A stretch of DNA of 64,000 bases from Vulcanimicrobiota bacterium (GTDB taxonomy: Bacteria; Vulcanimicrobiota; Vulcanimicrobiia; Eremiobacterales; Eremiobacteraceae), in NCBI GenBank assembly GCA_963805945.1, contig CAWDVP010000001.1, positions 64,001-128,000 of the forward strand, written 5' to 3'. The notes under the pieces are model-generated. The model made no database searches. It saw only the letters and a program-made list of their open reading frames with translations, and had not been told where the DNA came from. Below, in pieces: positions 37,081 through 49,002 of this stretch (position 1 is the stretch's first letter; each line of letters begins with the position of its first letter). The position numbers were made by a program, and so were the translations under genes.

Positions 37081-40000
37081 TCACGGTGAGACGATGAGCG
37101 TCGAGGACGCGCTGCGCCCGAACTCCTCCGGCGCGTACTGCAGATGCGCTTCCGCGCCGGGCCACTGATACGTGCCCGGCGTCACCGAACGCGCCAGATA
37201 ATGGAAGCTGTAGACGCCTGCGTCGAGGTGGTTCGCGTACGCGACGACGCGGTCCGCATAGATCACCTGATAGTCGATATCCCATGAATCGCCGCGCGCT
37301 TGGAAATACTGCGTCGACGTTTGGAAGCTCGCGTCGACGGCCTCCAGGCCTGCGGGCAGCGGATCGCTGATGACGACGTGGTCTACCGGATGATCGGTGA
37401 TGACTTCCAGTTCGATGTCGAACACCTGCGCCGAGCCGAGCGTCAGCGCGTCGGACGGCACCGCGAGGCCGAACGAGCGCACGACCGCGTCTTGGTTCGC
37501 GGCGCGCACGAGGCGCGTGATCCGCAACCCGTTGAGCGCGCCGGGCTGGTCGCCGAGCAGACGATAGCGGTACGCGAGGACGTAGTGCAGCATGCCGACG
37601 CCCGATTTCGCGAGGACGACGTCGCTGGCGCCCTTGGGCAGCTGCGCCATCGGCACGTGCGCCTCGCGCAGCGGATTGCGATAGCCTTCGAAATGCTCGC
37701 TCGCGCGCTGCGTGCCGCCCACGCCGAGCGTCGCCGTGAAATTCGCATTCGCCGGCTGGGCTCGGCTATAGTCCACCAGCGCCGTCAAGGCCGCCGCGTT
37801 GTCGTAATATTCTGGCCATGACCCGCGCGCGCGCTGCGCGATCACCGTCCGGGCAAGTTTGTCGAGCAGTTCCGCCGGCGCGTGACGCTCGACGAACAGC
37901 CGCAGCGCTTCGGACTGGCCGATCGTCGGCGAGCTCAGCCAACCCCACTCGTCGGGCAGATTGAGCGACGCGTTGCGGCCGGTCTCGTAGATGGACTCCT
38001 GGATCTTCTCCGCCATCGCATCGGCCTGCGTCTTCCAACCCGGGAACCGCGAGAGATAGCGCGCCAGCTTGATGGTGTCTACCTCGTCGAGCGCGTCACG
38101 CCGATCGTAGATATCGCTGAGGAAGTCGTTGCGCTGCTCGCCGAGATCCGCCAGCGCGAGCAGCGAACGCAGGCGCAGTTCGTCGACGCACGTGACGGCA
38201 TAGCACCACTTGAAGCGCGTCGGGTCGGCGATGACCTTCTTGAGATACGCGCGTAGCCGCGCCAGCATCGCCGGGTCGACCGCGAGGCCGGCGCTTTGGG
38301 CACGCGCCAACGCTTCGCCCGCGTACGCGGAGACCCACGGATCGGAGATCTTGTCCCCGGGCCAGGTGGCGAAACCGCCATCGGCCACTTGCAGCTTGAG
38401 CAGGCGTTCGACGTCATGCGCCGCCGCGGCGACGGGATGGAAGTCGGGATAGATCTGGCCGTAGCGCGTCGCGAGGATCTGCATGTCGGCGGTGATGAGC
38501 AGCTGGCTGGAGATCGGCTCGAGGAAGGGCAGGTCTTCATCCTCATCGAGGTCGGCTTTCGCGCGCGCGGTGAATTCCGGCAGCAAGATGCTCGCGAGCT
38601 CGACATCGAGCCCGCCGAGGCTCGCATCCACCTTAGGATCGACGACGATCGGGATCTTGACGGTATCCGCGGTTGCGCCGACCTCGACGGCCTGCTCGCT
38701 GATCGGCAGCGTGCGCAGTTCGAGCGGCACTTCGAAGCCGTCGCTGAGGGCGCCGAGCCTAGTCGTGAAGCGCACGCGCGTCGCGCCCAACCCAGTGGCG
38801 ATCATCGGAATACGATACGCGCGCGTGCCGGCTTCGATCGCAGGCGTGAGCGTCGTCGACTGCGTCTGCTGGCCATTGCTGTCGAACTGCAGCGGGCCGC
38901 TCAGCGCTCCCGCGATCGAGAGCTGACCGGTCTGGTTGTCGGTGTTGGTGACCTCAAGTCCGGCCTCGAAGCGATCGCCCGGCCGCGCGAATTGCGGCAG
39001 CACGGGATTGGTGAGCAGCGGCTTGCTCGCGACGAAGGTCGCGTCACTGCCGCCGAACCGCCATTGCGCGCTGTCCGCGCCGCGGCCGCTGCTCGCGACG
39101 ACGAGCACGCGCCAGGTCGTCAGATCATCCGGCAGCGTGAAGGTCGCGCTGCCCGCGCCGGCCGCGTCGGTCAGAAGCGCACCCTTATAATAGGCGAGCG
39201 GCTGGAAGTTGGTGCGGATGCGCGTGCCCGCTGCCGCGGCGGACACGCCGCCGCCATAGCCCCAGCCTTTCTGCAGCGGCGTGTCGAACGGCCGCAGCAC
39301 CACGTTCGGGCGGTTGTCGGAAAAGCGCGTCGGGATAGGCTGGTTGGCGAAGACCGTCGCGAGCAGGTCGGGTGGGCGATAGCCGGAGAGCTGCAGGATC
39401 GCCTCGTTGACCACCATGACGGTGAACTCGCCTTGCACCGGATGGCCTTGCGCGTCGCGCATCGCCAGGCGCACCGTTTGCTGCTGTCCGGGTTCGAGCT
39501 TCGCTTTGGCCGGCGTGACGGCGACCGAGAGCTTCCTGTCGTCGAGGCTTGCGGTGAGCGGCGCGAAGCCGGCGCGCGACAGGCTGTCGAGACCCTGCGG
39601 CACCGATTTCGAGAGCGGCACGCCCTGCCGGACGAGCACCGCTTCGACCGCGGCGTTCGGTAGCATATCCGGCGTGACCGTGAAGCTGACGCGCGGCGCG
39701 CCGCCGGTGACGTGCGCCACGGTGTGATAGAGCGTGCCGTAGCGCACGACGGCGAGGTAGAGCTCGCCCGCCGGGTACGGAGATTCGATGAGCGCGGTGG
39801 CCGTGTCGCCGGGTTTATACGTCTTCTTATCGAGCTTGATGGTGAGCTGGTCGGGATTCTCATTGCCCCAATCGACGATGTCGTTGCCCGCGGCCCAGAT
39901 CTGGAGGTCGCTTGCGGTGACGTCGTCTCTCGCGCCGGCGAAATTCGCGCGCACCCGATAGATGCCCGAGGACGGCGGGGTGAGATGCGCCGCCTGCGGC

Positions 40001-42770
40001 GTCGTGCCGGAGCGCACGTCGGCCTCTGCGACCTTCTTGTAGTCCACTTGCCAGCGGTCGGAGCTGCTGCCCTCGATGAGCTGGGTGACGCTGCTGTATT
40101 TCACCGCGTCCAGCTCCAGATGCACGCGTTCGCCCTCAAGCGGCGCCCCGTGCGGATCGGTCACGATGACGTTGACGGAGACCGGCGCGCCGGTGCGTGC
40201 GACGAAGTCGCTCTGCAGTCCGATCAGCTTGTCGCTGGGGAGCGCGGTGAAGGTCTTCGAGTCGGCCACGGAGAGATTCGAAACGTCGGTCGTCTCCATG
40301 TCGACGCGATACGCCATCGGGATAGGGCAGATCGCCGCCCACCGACACGCTCAGGTTGCTCGCGCCGTCCGCGCCGATCGCCCCTGCGTCCTGCGCCACA
40401 TCGCTGCCGAGCGACGGCGCTTCCTCGGGCCAGAACCATTGCCGTCCGAACCAGAACTCGTCCCAGCCCTTCGGCGTGAACGCCGTCTGCTGGCGCGTCA
40501 CGTAGAACTTGTAGCGCCCGCCCTGCACAGGCGAGCCGAAGAGATACGTGCTCTTCGCGGTGGCGGCGACCGCTTCGCCGGCGCGGGCGAATTCTTTGTC
40601 GAGCTTCAACTCGACCTTGAAATTCGGCGGCTTGAACTCGGCGACGCGGAACGTGCCGCTGATGATGTCGCCGCTCGGACCTTTCGCGCTGATGGTGTAG
40701 TAGCCGAGCGCCTGGTTCGGCTTGAAATGGAGCTGCAGCGAGAAGGTGCCGAACGCGTTGGTCGGCGCAGAGCCGAGATCGCTCACCGCACCGTTGGGAT
40801 CTTCGAGCGAGACCTTGTAGCTCGTGTCGGCGTCGCGCCGCAGCGCGCCGCGATAGAGGTAGTACGCCTCGCCCGTGAACCAGCCGCTCTCACCCGGTTG
40901 GTACAGCTGCCGATCGGAGAAGATGGCGCCGCGCGATTGCGGGTCCTTGCTCCATTCCGCATCCATGTCGTATTGATAGGCGCCGCTGTACTCGAGCGTT
41001 CGGGTGAACGCCCAGTCGTCGCCTTCGCGCGCCACGGTGAGCAGCGCAGGCGCTTCTGCGAAGAGCGCATTCCCGTCCATGCATCGGCGCAGCGATGCGG
41101 CGTCGAAGAGCGCCGTGCCGCTCGCGTCGGCGACCGAGGTCGCGCACGCGGAAACGGAGCGCACGGTTGGTCTGCATGATCGCGACTGCCATACCTCGAT
41201 CCGCGCGCCCGCTGCCGGCGAGCCATCGGAGAGGTGGTGGACGCGCACCAAGCCCGATTCGGGGAACCACTGCGCGAAGATGCCGAGGTTCGTAGTTGCA
41301 CCGCGCCGAAGACCTCTTTTTTCGGTTCCGGCGCCGCCGACATCGGCCGCCACGCTGTACGCGAGCAGCCCGGTCGGCCCGTGCAATTGCGCTCGCAGCG
41401 GCACGCCGCTGTGTTGCGCGGCATTGACCGCGCCGCTCGGCGGGCACGGTGGTCGGCCGATGCCGCGCTCAGCATCTCGCTGTCGCCGGGGTCCGCGAAG
41501 ACCAGATCGGCCGGCGTGACCGCTGGCGATGTTTCTGTGTATGCGTGCGCGGGCAGGTTTATCGCCCAGAAGTCCAGTTGCAGATCGTCGCCCGCAGGGA
41601 AGATGAAGAACCCGCTCGGCGCCCAGACGTTGGGCGTCAGATCTCCGGTGGCATACGTGACCGACTTCGCCGCGCCGAGCGTCTGTCCGAAGGTGTCTTT
41701 GAGGCCCGGCGCGATCGTCACCGTGTAGGTGGTGGCCGGGTCGAACGCATCCTCGTTGAAGTCCACGTAGCGGCTGTCGTCCTCGGGGTTGAACGGCTTC
41801 GCGCCGCCCTTGAGCGCGGGGGTCACGGTGATGTTCGCCTGGACGGAGTCAGCGGCGACCGGGTTGTTGAACTGCAGACGTCGTCGGCACCGCGCTGAAA
41901 CGGCCGAGGCGTTTCGGTGTCGTAGACGCTTGCCGATCTTCTCGAATGCGAGCGGGCCGTAGACATCGAAGGCGCCGGTCATCTCGGCGGCGCTTGCAGA
42001 TTGCCGTGCGCCGGCTGGATGCCGGGGCCGAACACAAGGCTGTACTGACGTGCCCTTGTCGAGCGGATTGCGGGGCGAGACGTCGTAGACCCAGCCCTTG
42101 GCGGACGGGTCGAACGTGTCGTGGGCCTGGCTATACGGATACGGGGTCGGCTGCTTCTCGAGTTTGACCGCACGGGCACGCGCGCGCCGCCCGCGCGACA
42201 CCATGGCGCCGACGCGTTCGAGCGACCCCGTGTCGAGCTCGCGTGTTGGCGCCGATCTGGAACGTCGGCTCGGGTCCGAACGGCACGGAGTCTTCCTTGA
42301 TGACCGGCAGGTTGTCCAACTGGATCTGCGGCGTGCGTGAACGTCCACGCGACGTCGTGGTCGAGCGTGTGGTTTTCGAGATCGGTCAACCCGGCGCGCA
42401 CGACGACCTGAATACGCGTCGCGATGGGCAGCGCCCGGTCGGCTTGGAACCCGACCATGCGCGGAGTGAGGAAACGGAAGTGGCCTGCGAGCGCAGGAGT
42501 GACGGAGAAATAGGCGAGTTTGCCCTGCTGATCGGGGGTTTCGATGGCTTCGACGGGTATGAGCGGCTGCTTGAAGCGGACGCGGATCTGCGCGTAATTG
42601 TCCGCTTGGCCGGTCGGGCTGATCTGCTCCACCCACACCGGCACTTTCGGCGGGGGCAGCGGCGCGACGGCCGGCAAGCGTGCCGCCTGCCTGCCGCAGG
42701 CGGTGAGCAACAGCAAAGCGGCGGCGACGAATACGAAATGCCGTCGAGCGGCCCCGCCGATGCCACGCAT
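37081..42770 (-). CDS. Bacterial alpha-2-macroglobulin lipoprotein (many frameshifts in 40.3-42.4 kb)
   Basis: Lipobox LLTAC; DRQLYQPGE, EFKPP, LPDDLTTWR, PQFARPGD, DPLPAGLE, YAPEEFGRS. Confidence 0.9.
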
Positions 42771-42869
42771 GTCCGGGCTCCTACATCCGTGGAAAAGCGC
42801 GCTCACACAGGCGCGCTGTTACCATATATACTGCGTCGGCGCCCGTTCGTCAATACGGATTTTGAATCG

Positions 42870-42898
42870 ATGTAGGGGCCGACCTTTAGGTCGGCCCT
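42870..42898 (+). repeat. REP-like palindrome, subfamily B
   Basis: ATGTAG-GGGCCGACC-TTTA-GGTCGGCCC; compensatory change relative to the 36010 copy. Confidence 0.9.
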
Positions 42899-42907
42899 TG
42901 CGACGCG

Positions 42908-44339
42908 CTAGCCGCCGCCGGCGCCGACTCGATCCGCGCTCGGCTCGACCATGAGCGCCGGGTCGAGGATCTTTGCGAGCTCCTCTTCCGAGAGCTTCGT
43001 CTTCTCGCGCGCGACCTCGCGGATGGACTTGCCGGTCTTGGCCGCCTCTTTGGCGATCGCCGCCGCGGCGTCATAGCCGATGATCGGCGCGAGGCTGGTG
43101 CAGATGGCAAGACCTCGCTCCACCATCTCCGGGCCGCGCTCCGTGGCTTTGAGCCCGTCGACGAGTTGGCTGGCGAAGTTGCGCGAGCCGCTGCTCAGCA
43201 GCTCGATGGACTGCAGCAGGTCGTAGGCCACCAGCGGCATGGTCAGGTTGATCTCGAAGTTGCCGCTCTGGCCGCCGACCGTGATGGCGGCGTCGTTGCC
43301 GATCACCTGTATGCAGACCATGAGCATCGATTCGGCGATGACCGGGTTGACTTTGCCGGGCATGATCGACGACCCGGGCTGCACCGCGGGCAGCTCGAGC
43401 TCGCCGATGCCGGCACGCGGACCGGAGCCGAGCCAGCGCAAATCGTTCGCGATCTTCGTGAGCGACACGGCGATCGTCTTGAGCGCCCCGCTCGCGGCGA
43501 CCGCGTTGTCGAGCGACGCCTGCGCCTGGAAATGGTTGCTCGTCTCATGCACGTCGAGGCCCGTCATGCGCGACAGCCGAGCGGTCGCCCGCTTGGCGAA
43601 CTCCGGATGAGTGTTGATGCCGGTGCCGACCGCCGTGCCGCCCAGCGCCACTTCGCTCAGCTCGCGCAGCGCGGCCTCGGCGCGCACGATGCCGCGTTCG
43701 ACCTGGCCGGCGTAGCCGAGGAATTCTTGCCCCAGGCGGATGGGTGTCGCGTCTTGGAGGTGCGTGCGCCCGGTCTTGACGATGCCCCAGAACTCCTTGG
43801 ACTTCTTCTCGAGCGACGTGTGGAGCACGCGCAGCGCCGGCAGCAGGTCTTCTTTGATCGCGCTGGCGGCGGCGATGTGCGTCGCGGTCGGGATGACGTC
43901 GTTGCTGGACTGGCCGAAATTGACGTGGTCGTTCGGATGGATCTTCTTGGCGCCGGCGGCGGCGCGGCGGTTGGCGAGGTGGGCGATGACCTCGTTGGCG
44001 TTCATGTTCGTCGAGGTGCCGCGAACCCGTCTGGAAGATGTCGACAACGAAATGCGAATCGTGCTTGCCGTCGACGACCTCTTCGGCCGCCGCGACGATC
44101 GCGTCTGCGGCGTGCTTGTCGATCAGGCCTAGTTCCGCGTTGGTCTGCGCTGCGGCGAGCTTGACCTGTCCGAGCGCTCTGATGAAGCGCCGCGGATAGC
44201 GCAGCGAGCTGATGGGGAAATTGGACGCGGCGCGCTGCGTGCTGGCGCCATAGAGCGCGGATGCGGGCACCTGCATCTCGCCCATGGAGTCTTTTTCGGT
44301 GCGGGTCGCCGCGGCTTGGTCGTTCGTCTTCGTATCCAT
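42908..44339 (-). CDS. fumC: Class II fumarate hydratase (frameshift near 44026)
   Basis: EKDSMG, QTGS, NMNANEV, GRTHLQDA, GSSIMPGKVNP. Confidence 0.9.
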
Positions 44340-44404
44340 AGGGACCAGGTTCGGCGCGCGGCGACCTGCTACTGCTTAGAGGCTACGACCTAGGTCGCTC
44401 CCGG

Positions 44405-44950
44405 CTAGAATTTCTGGTTCACCATGAGGTGCGCGTACGGCGTTCCGGCCCACATGATCCACGTCCCCGTGTTCGAAGGCGCGGTCGAGAGCCCGCTCGT
44501 CTTCGCGCTGAACGGCCACATGATCATGTAGTGCGGACCCCACGTCAGTGGATGCGCGGACTTGGTCGCCCATGGGTCGGTCGCGCTGAAGTCCTTGCCG
44601 CCGGCGAACATGTAGGACACGCCCGGCGTCGTGTTCGTCGGCTTCGGCTTGTGCGCCGTCCAGTCGTTCGCCCACTGCATGGACGGAGCGTCCATGCATA
44701 TCGGATCGTCGCCGATGACGCCGATGTGCCCGGGGAAACATGTGAAGCCGTTCGTGCCCTTGCGCAGCACGGTCATCTTGCCTTTCGCGTCGACGTCGGC
44801 GATCGTGGCATTCGTTGCGATGGCCGCCGGCGCTGCTGACATCGCGCGGGCGATCTTCACCTGTGCTGATTCATCGGCGCGGACCTGGCTCGCCGCGCAC
44901 ACGAGCAGTGCCGGCACCGCGAGGGAAATGACACGTCCCAAGAGCTTCAT
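44405..44950 (-). CDS. Secreted hypothetical protein
   Basis: GGAGG RBS, signal peptide; GTNGFTC, PGVSYM, PHYM and YAHLM conserved-looking motifs. Confidence 0.8.
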   Translation of the reverse strand: MKLLGRVISLAVPALLVCAASQVRADESAQVKIARAMSAAPAAIATNATIADVDAKGKMTVLRKGTNGFTCFPGHIGVIGDDPICMDAPSMQWANDWTAHKPKPTNTTPGVSYMFAGGKDFSATDPWATKSAHPLTWGPHYMIMWPFSAKTSGLSTAPSNTGTWIMWAGTPYAHLMVNQKF

Positions 44951-45000
44951 CAGTTGACCCTCCTGTCAGTGGGGCTGATTCTTCGCTGTCGCCGCCGACC

Positions 45001-45573
45001 CTACTGGGGCTGCGCGCGGCCCGGACGAAGGAACGTCGCGATCTCGGTCCCGATGGGCAGCCGAGGACGGATCGCGCCGACGATTCCGATAGAGCCTGCG
45101 AGCGACGGTGCCGTCTCGTCGGCGGCCGCGGCGACCTCTTCGTAGTAGACGCCGAAGTTGGGCAGGCCATGTTGCGCCACGAACTCGCGCGCACTGACGT
45201 CGAAGTCCTCGTCGTCGGCGCCGCCTGCCTCAAGCGGGTGCCCCTCCCAGTAACGCGTGTACGACCAGTGGCCGTCCTCATCGCTGTACACGAAGGCGAA
45301 CGACTCCGTCTGCAAGATGTCCGACAGGCCTTCCGCCACCCCACCGTCGTCGAGCGGATGGCCGTCCTCGATCACCGTCGTCCAGCCATCCTCTTGCGGC
45401 AGCAGCGCGAAGCTGCGCACCGTCTTGCTCGCGGTGAGCTCGTCCGGCGTCGGCTCGAGCCCGCGCTCTTTGGTGGGCGCCCGGCCGGCGTCGCGCATCA
45501 GCTCTTCGAGCGCACGGCGGATATCAGGCAACTGCGCATCGCGCACGTAGACCGTGCCGAAGTGGAAGCTCAT
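45001..45573 (-). CDS. Hypothetical protein
   Basis: ATGA overlap with proline dehydrogenase stop; acidic 190 aa. Confidence 0.7.
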   Translation of the reverse strand: MSFHFGTVYVRDAQLPDIRRALEELMRDAGRAPTKERGLEPTPDELTASKTVRSFALLPQEDGWTTVIEDGHPLDDGGVAEGLSDILQTESFAFVYSDEDGHWSYTRYWEGHPLEAGGADDEDFDVSAREFVAQHGLPNFGVYYEEVAAAADETAPSLAGSIGIVGAIRPRLPIGTEIATFLRPGRAQPQ

Positions 45574-46460
45574 CGTTCGAAGATGCTGCGCACGACGAAG
45601 AACACGTTCTCCCGGCGCTCCGCGAGACGGCGATAGAAATAGCCGGCCCAATGCGTGCCGAAGGGCACGTACACGCGCACGCGATACCCCGCGCGCGCCA
45701 GCTCTCTTTGCCGCTCCTGGCGGATGCCGTAGAGCATCTGGAACTCGAAGCTGTCACGCGCGATGCCCTTGCGCTCCACCAGCTCGCGCACGCCGGCGAT
45801 GAGCCGCCCGTCATGGGTCGCGATGCCGGGATACACGCCGCCGGTGAGCAGCCTTTCGGCGAGCCTCATATAGTTGGCGCGGATATCGCTCATCGGTTGG
45901 AGCGCGGCGCTCTGCGGTTCTTTGTACGCTCCCTTGCACAGCCGCACGCGCGCGCGCTGCTGGATGCAGCGCTCGACATCGGCTTGCGCCCGATGCAGGT
46001 AGGCCTGGACGACAGGACCGACATCGGGATAACCGGCATGGGCACGTTCGAAGATGCGATAGGTGGAATCGACGGTGGCGGAGCCTTCCATGTCGAGGCG
46101 CACGAACATCTGGTGCGGGCGCGCCCGCTCGATGATCCGCTCGAGGTTCGCGAACGCGACGTCGTCGGCGATCGCCTGGCCTATCGCGCTGAGTTTGACC
46201 GACACGTTGCAGTCCGCACCGGCGGCCGCGATGCGGTCGATCATCTCGCAATAGGTGTCGGCCGTGTGGCCCGCCTCGGCTTGCGAGAAGACATCCTCGC
46301 CGAGGAAGTCGAGCGAGGCGGAGAGCCCGTCGGCGTTTAGCAGTTTGACCGCGGCGAGCGCGCTGTCGATCGTCTCGCCGGCCACGAAACGACGGGCGAG
46401 GAAGAACAGCCGGCGCTGAAGCCCAGGCCGCTTGTTGAGCACGTCGGCTATGGTGGGCAT
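45570..46460 (-). CDS. Monofunctional proline dehydrogenase
   Basis: RFVAGET, SVKLS, RLDME, QAYL.R, RLCKGAY, ATHD, RRLAER. Confidence 0.92.
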   Translation of the reverse strand: MPTIADVLNKRPGLQRRLFFLARRFVAGETIDSALAAVKLLNADGLSASLDFLGEDVFSQAEAGHTADTYCEMIDRIAAAGADCNVSVKLSAIGQAIADDVAFANLERIIERARPHQMFVRLDMEGSATVDSTYRIFERAHAGYPDVGPVVQAYLHRAQADVERCIQQRARVRLCKGAYKEPQSAALQPMSDIRANYMRLAERLLTGGVYPGIATHDGRLIAGVRELVERKGIARDSFEFQMLYGIRQERQRELARAGYRVRVYVPFGTHWAGYFYRRLAERRENVFFVVRSIFER

Positions 46461-46521
46461 GTCGGCCAAGGCTACCACACGCAGGCTCGGCCCGCCTTCG
46501 GACCGAGCCCGCGCGCTGCCG

Positions 46522-46899
46522 CTAGCGCGGCTTCAATTGATGGAGGATGAACTCGTTGCCCTCGCTGTCGTTGGCAAAAGCCAAGAAGCAGCCGGGCGTC
46601 TCGTACACCTTCGCGTCGTCCTCGAACGAGATCCCGCTCGCTTTGCATGCCGCGACCGCAGCGTTGATGTCCTCGACGCCGAAGTGGACGCCGCCGAGCT
46701 TCTCCCACGGCGCGTTCGGCGGCTTGACGATGCCGAACGTCTCGCCGGTCGGAAACGTCCACTCCGCCCCGATGCCGAAACTCAAGGTCGGGGCCATGCC
46801 CAGAAGGTCTGTGTAGAACTTCGTCGCCCGGTCCAGGTCCTTGACCATGTACATGGTCGTATCGATCCCTCGGATCCCGATCTTGCTTGCAATCGCCAT
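46522..46899 (-). CDS. VOC/glyoxalase family protein
   Basis: AGGAG RBS; VKDLDRA..FY..LLG; DSEGN. Confidence 0.88.
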   Translation of the reverse strand: MAIASKIGIRGIDTTMYMVKDLDRATKFYTDLLGMAPTLSFGIGAEWTFPTGETFGIVKPPNAPWEKLGGVHFGVEDINAAVAACKASGISFEDDAKVYETPGCFLAFANDSEGNEFILHQLKPR

Positions 46900-46966
46900 G
46901 ACTACTCCTTTGACTCTATTGTGGGGCCAACCCCGTACCGTCCGACGCGAGCATTTTCCTTCGCAC

Positions 46967-46994
46967 GGGTCGATCTAAAGATCGACCCCTACAT
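46967..46994 (-). repeat. REP-like palindrome, subfamily B
   Basis: GGGTCGATC-TAAA-GATCGACCC-CTACAT; compensatory change. Confidence 0.88.
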
Positions 46995-47047
46995 AGCGCG
47001 GACGTCCCGGCAGGAGTCGGAAGCGCCGCGCCCGCACCGTGAGCAGC

Positions 47048-48958
47048 ATGCCTGATAGCGCTCTGACGCCAGCTGAGCTCACCACGCTCGCGCTCGTGCA
47101 GATGACGTTCTCACCGCCGGAGTGCGACTGCGGCGCGGCCACCGCGCAGGTCGCAAACGCCCTCGGCCTGCTCGCGAAGCACAAACGCGACAAGCTGCGC
47201 GAACTGCTGCGCTTGCTCGAATCGCCGTTCTTCATGCTGTTCCGCGGCGGCCTATTCCGGCCGTTCTCCGCGTTGGATCAGGAGCAGCGCACCCGGGTGC
47301 TCGTGGCCATGGGCGACAGCGCCTTCCCGTTGCTGCGCACCGGCTTCCAGGCATTCAAGCGGCTCTGCACCTCGGCCGCGTATTCGGCGGTCGACGCGAA
47401 CGGCCGCAACCCGCTGTGGGCGGTCTGCGGTTATCCCGGCCCCAGATCGGATCGCCCGGCGCCGGCGCCGGGGCTGCCGATATACGAACCCACGTCCGCA
47501 GACCTTGCCGCGGATGCGGTCGTGGTCGGCTCCGGCGCGGGTGGCGGCGTGGCCGCCGCTCTGCTCGCCGCCGCCGGCAAGCGCGTCGTCGTGTTGGAAG
47601 CCGGCCCACGCGTCGAGCCCGCCGAGTTCACCCAACTCGAAGCCGCATCGATGGCGCGCTACTATCTCGAGCACGGACTCGCGGCGACCGAAGACCTGGG
47701 CATCGTGCTGCTCGCGGGCGCGTGCGTCGGCGGCGGCACCTCGATCAACTGGTGCACGTCGCTGCGCATCTCCGACAAGGTCGCCGCGCAATGGAGCGAC
47801 GCGAGCGGCGGCATCGATTTCACGGGTGGCCTGGCGCCGCATTACGACGCAGTGGGCAAGCGCATCGAGATCGCGTCGTCGGACGATCATAACCCGAACA
47901 ACGCCGCGCTCCTGCGCGGCTGCAGCGCGCTCGGCTGGCGCGCCGCCTGCAATCCGAAGAACAGCGTCGGCTGCCCGGAGGGCTGCGGCTATTGCGGCTT
48001 CGGCTGCTCGTACGGCTGCAAGCGCTCGGGTCCCGTCACCTACCTCGCGGACGCGGTCGCCGCCGGCGCGTCGGTCATCGCCGATGCGCCCGTCGAGCGG
48101 GTGCTCGTCGAGCACGGCGCGGCCAGCGGGGTGGTCGGCGCATATAAAGGAAGCGCGATGCGTGTGCGCGCCCCGATCGTCATCCTCGCCGCGGGCAGTC
48201 TGCGCACACCCGGCATCCTCGCGCGCAGCGGGGTCACAGGCCCGCATCTCGGCCGCCACCTGAAGCTGCATCCGACGACGGCGCTGTTCGCGCGCTTCGC
48301 CGAGCCGATTGAGACGTTCAAGGGACCGATGCAAACCGTCTATTCGGATCAGTTCGGCGATCTCGACGACGGCTATGGCGCGAAGATGGAAGTGGCGCCC
48401 GCGCACCCGGGGCTCTCTGCGTTCGCGCTGCCGTGGCGTTCAAGGGAGCAGCATGCCGAGGCCATGCGCGAGTCGCGCTTCGCGGCTGCGCTCATCTCGC
48501 TGACGCGCGATCGCGGCGAAGGCAGCGTCGCCACCGACAAACGTGGCGAGGTACGCTATCGCGTCTCCGAATACGATGCCTCGCACATGTTGACCGGATT
48601 GAACGGCTGCGTCGAGGTGGCGTTCGCCGCCGGCGCCCAAGAGGTACGGACGCTGCACCAATCCGCGCTGTCGCTCAAGCGCGCCGACGCCGGCTCGCAG
48701 ATCCGCCGCGATTTCGCCCACGCGATCCTTTCGAGCGACACCGCGACGAACCGGATCGCGGTCTTCTCCGCACATCAGATGGGCACGTGCCGGATGAGCA
48801 AGGACCCGCGCGGCGGTGTGGTCGACGAGCACGGCGCCGTGCATGGCTGCACGGGTTTGGTGGTGGCCGATGGTTCGGTGTTTCCGCTCTCGTCAGGCGT
48901 CAACCCGATGCTGACGATCATGGCGCTCGCGCACCGGTCGGTCTCGGCGATCAAATAG
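47048..48958 (+). CDS. GMC oxidoreductase (long-chain alcohol oxidase-like)
   Basis: GSGAGG, VGGGTSIN, CxxCxxGC, SAHQMGTC, GVNPMLT. Confidence 0.9.
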   Translation: MPDSALTPAELTTLALVQMTFSPPECDCGAATAQVANALGLLAKHKRDKLRELLRLLESPFFMLFRGGLFRPFSALDQEQRTRVLVAMGDSAFPLLRTGFQAFKRLCTSAAYSAVDANGRNPLWAVCGYPGPRSDRPAPAPGLPIYEPTSADLAADAVVVGSGAGGGVAAALLAAAGKRVVVLEAGPRVEPAEFTQLEAASMARYYLEHGLAATEDLGIVLLAGACVGGGTSINWCTSLRISDKVAAQWSDASGGIDFTGGLAPHYDAVGKRIEIASSDDHNPNNAALLRGCSALGWRAACNPKNSVGCPEGCGYCGFGCSYGCKRSGPVTYLADAVAAGASVIADAPVERVLVEHGAASGVVGAYKGSAMRVRAPIVILAAGSLRTPGILARSGVTGPHLGRHLKLHPTTALFARFAEPIETFKGPMQTVYSDQFGDLDDGYGAKMEVAPAHPGLSAFALPWRSREQHAEAMRESRFAAALISLTRDRGEGSVATDKRGEVRYRVSEYDASHMLTGLNGCVEVAFAAGAQEVRTLHQSALSLKRADAGSQIRRDFAHAILSSDTATNRIAVFSAHQMGTCRMSKDPRGGVVDEHGAVHGCTGLVVADGSVFPLSSGVNPMLTIMALAHRSVSAIK

Positions 48959-48961
48959 AAA

Positions 48962-48988
48962 CGGTCGAACTAAAGTCGACCGCTCCAT
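48962..48988 (-). repeat. REP-like palindrome, subfamily A
   Basis: CGGTCGAAC-TAAA-GTCGACCG-CTCCAT between convergent genes. Confidence 0.8.
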
Positions 48989-49002
48989 CTGCGTCGGGCG
49001 AG

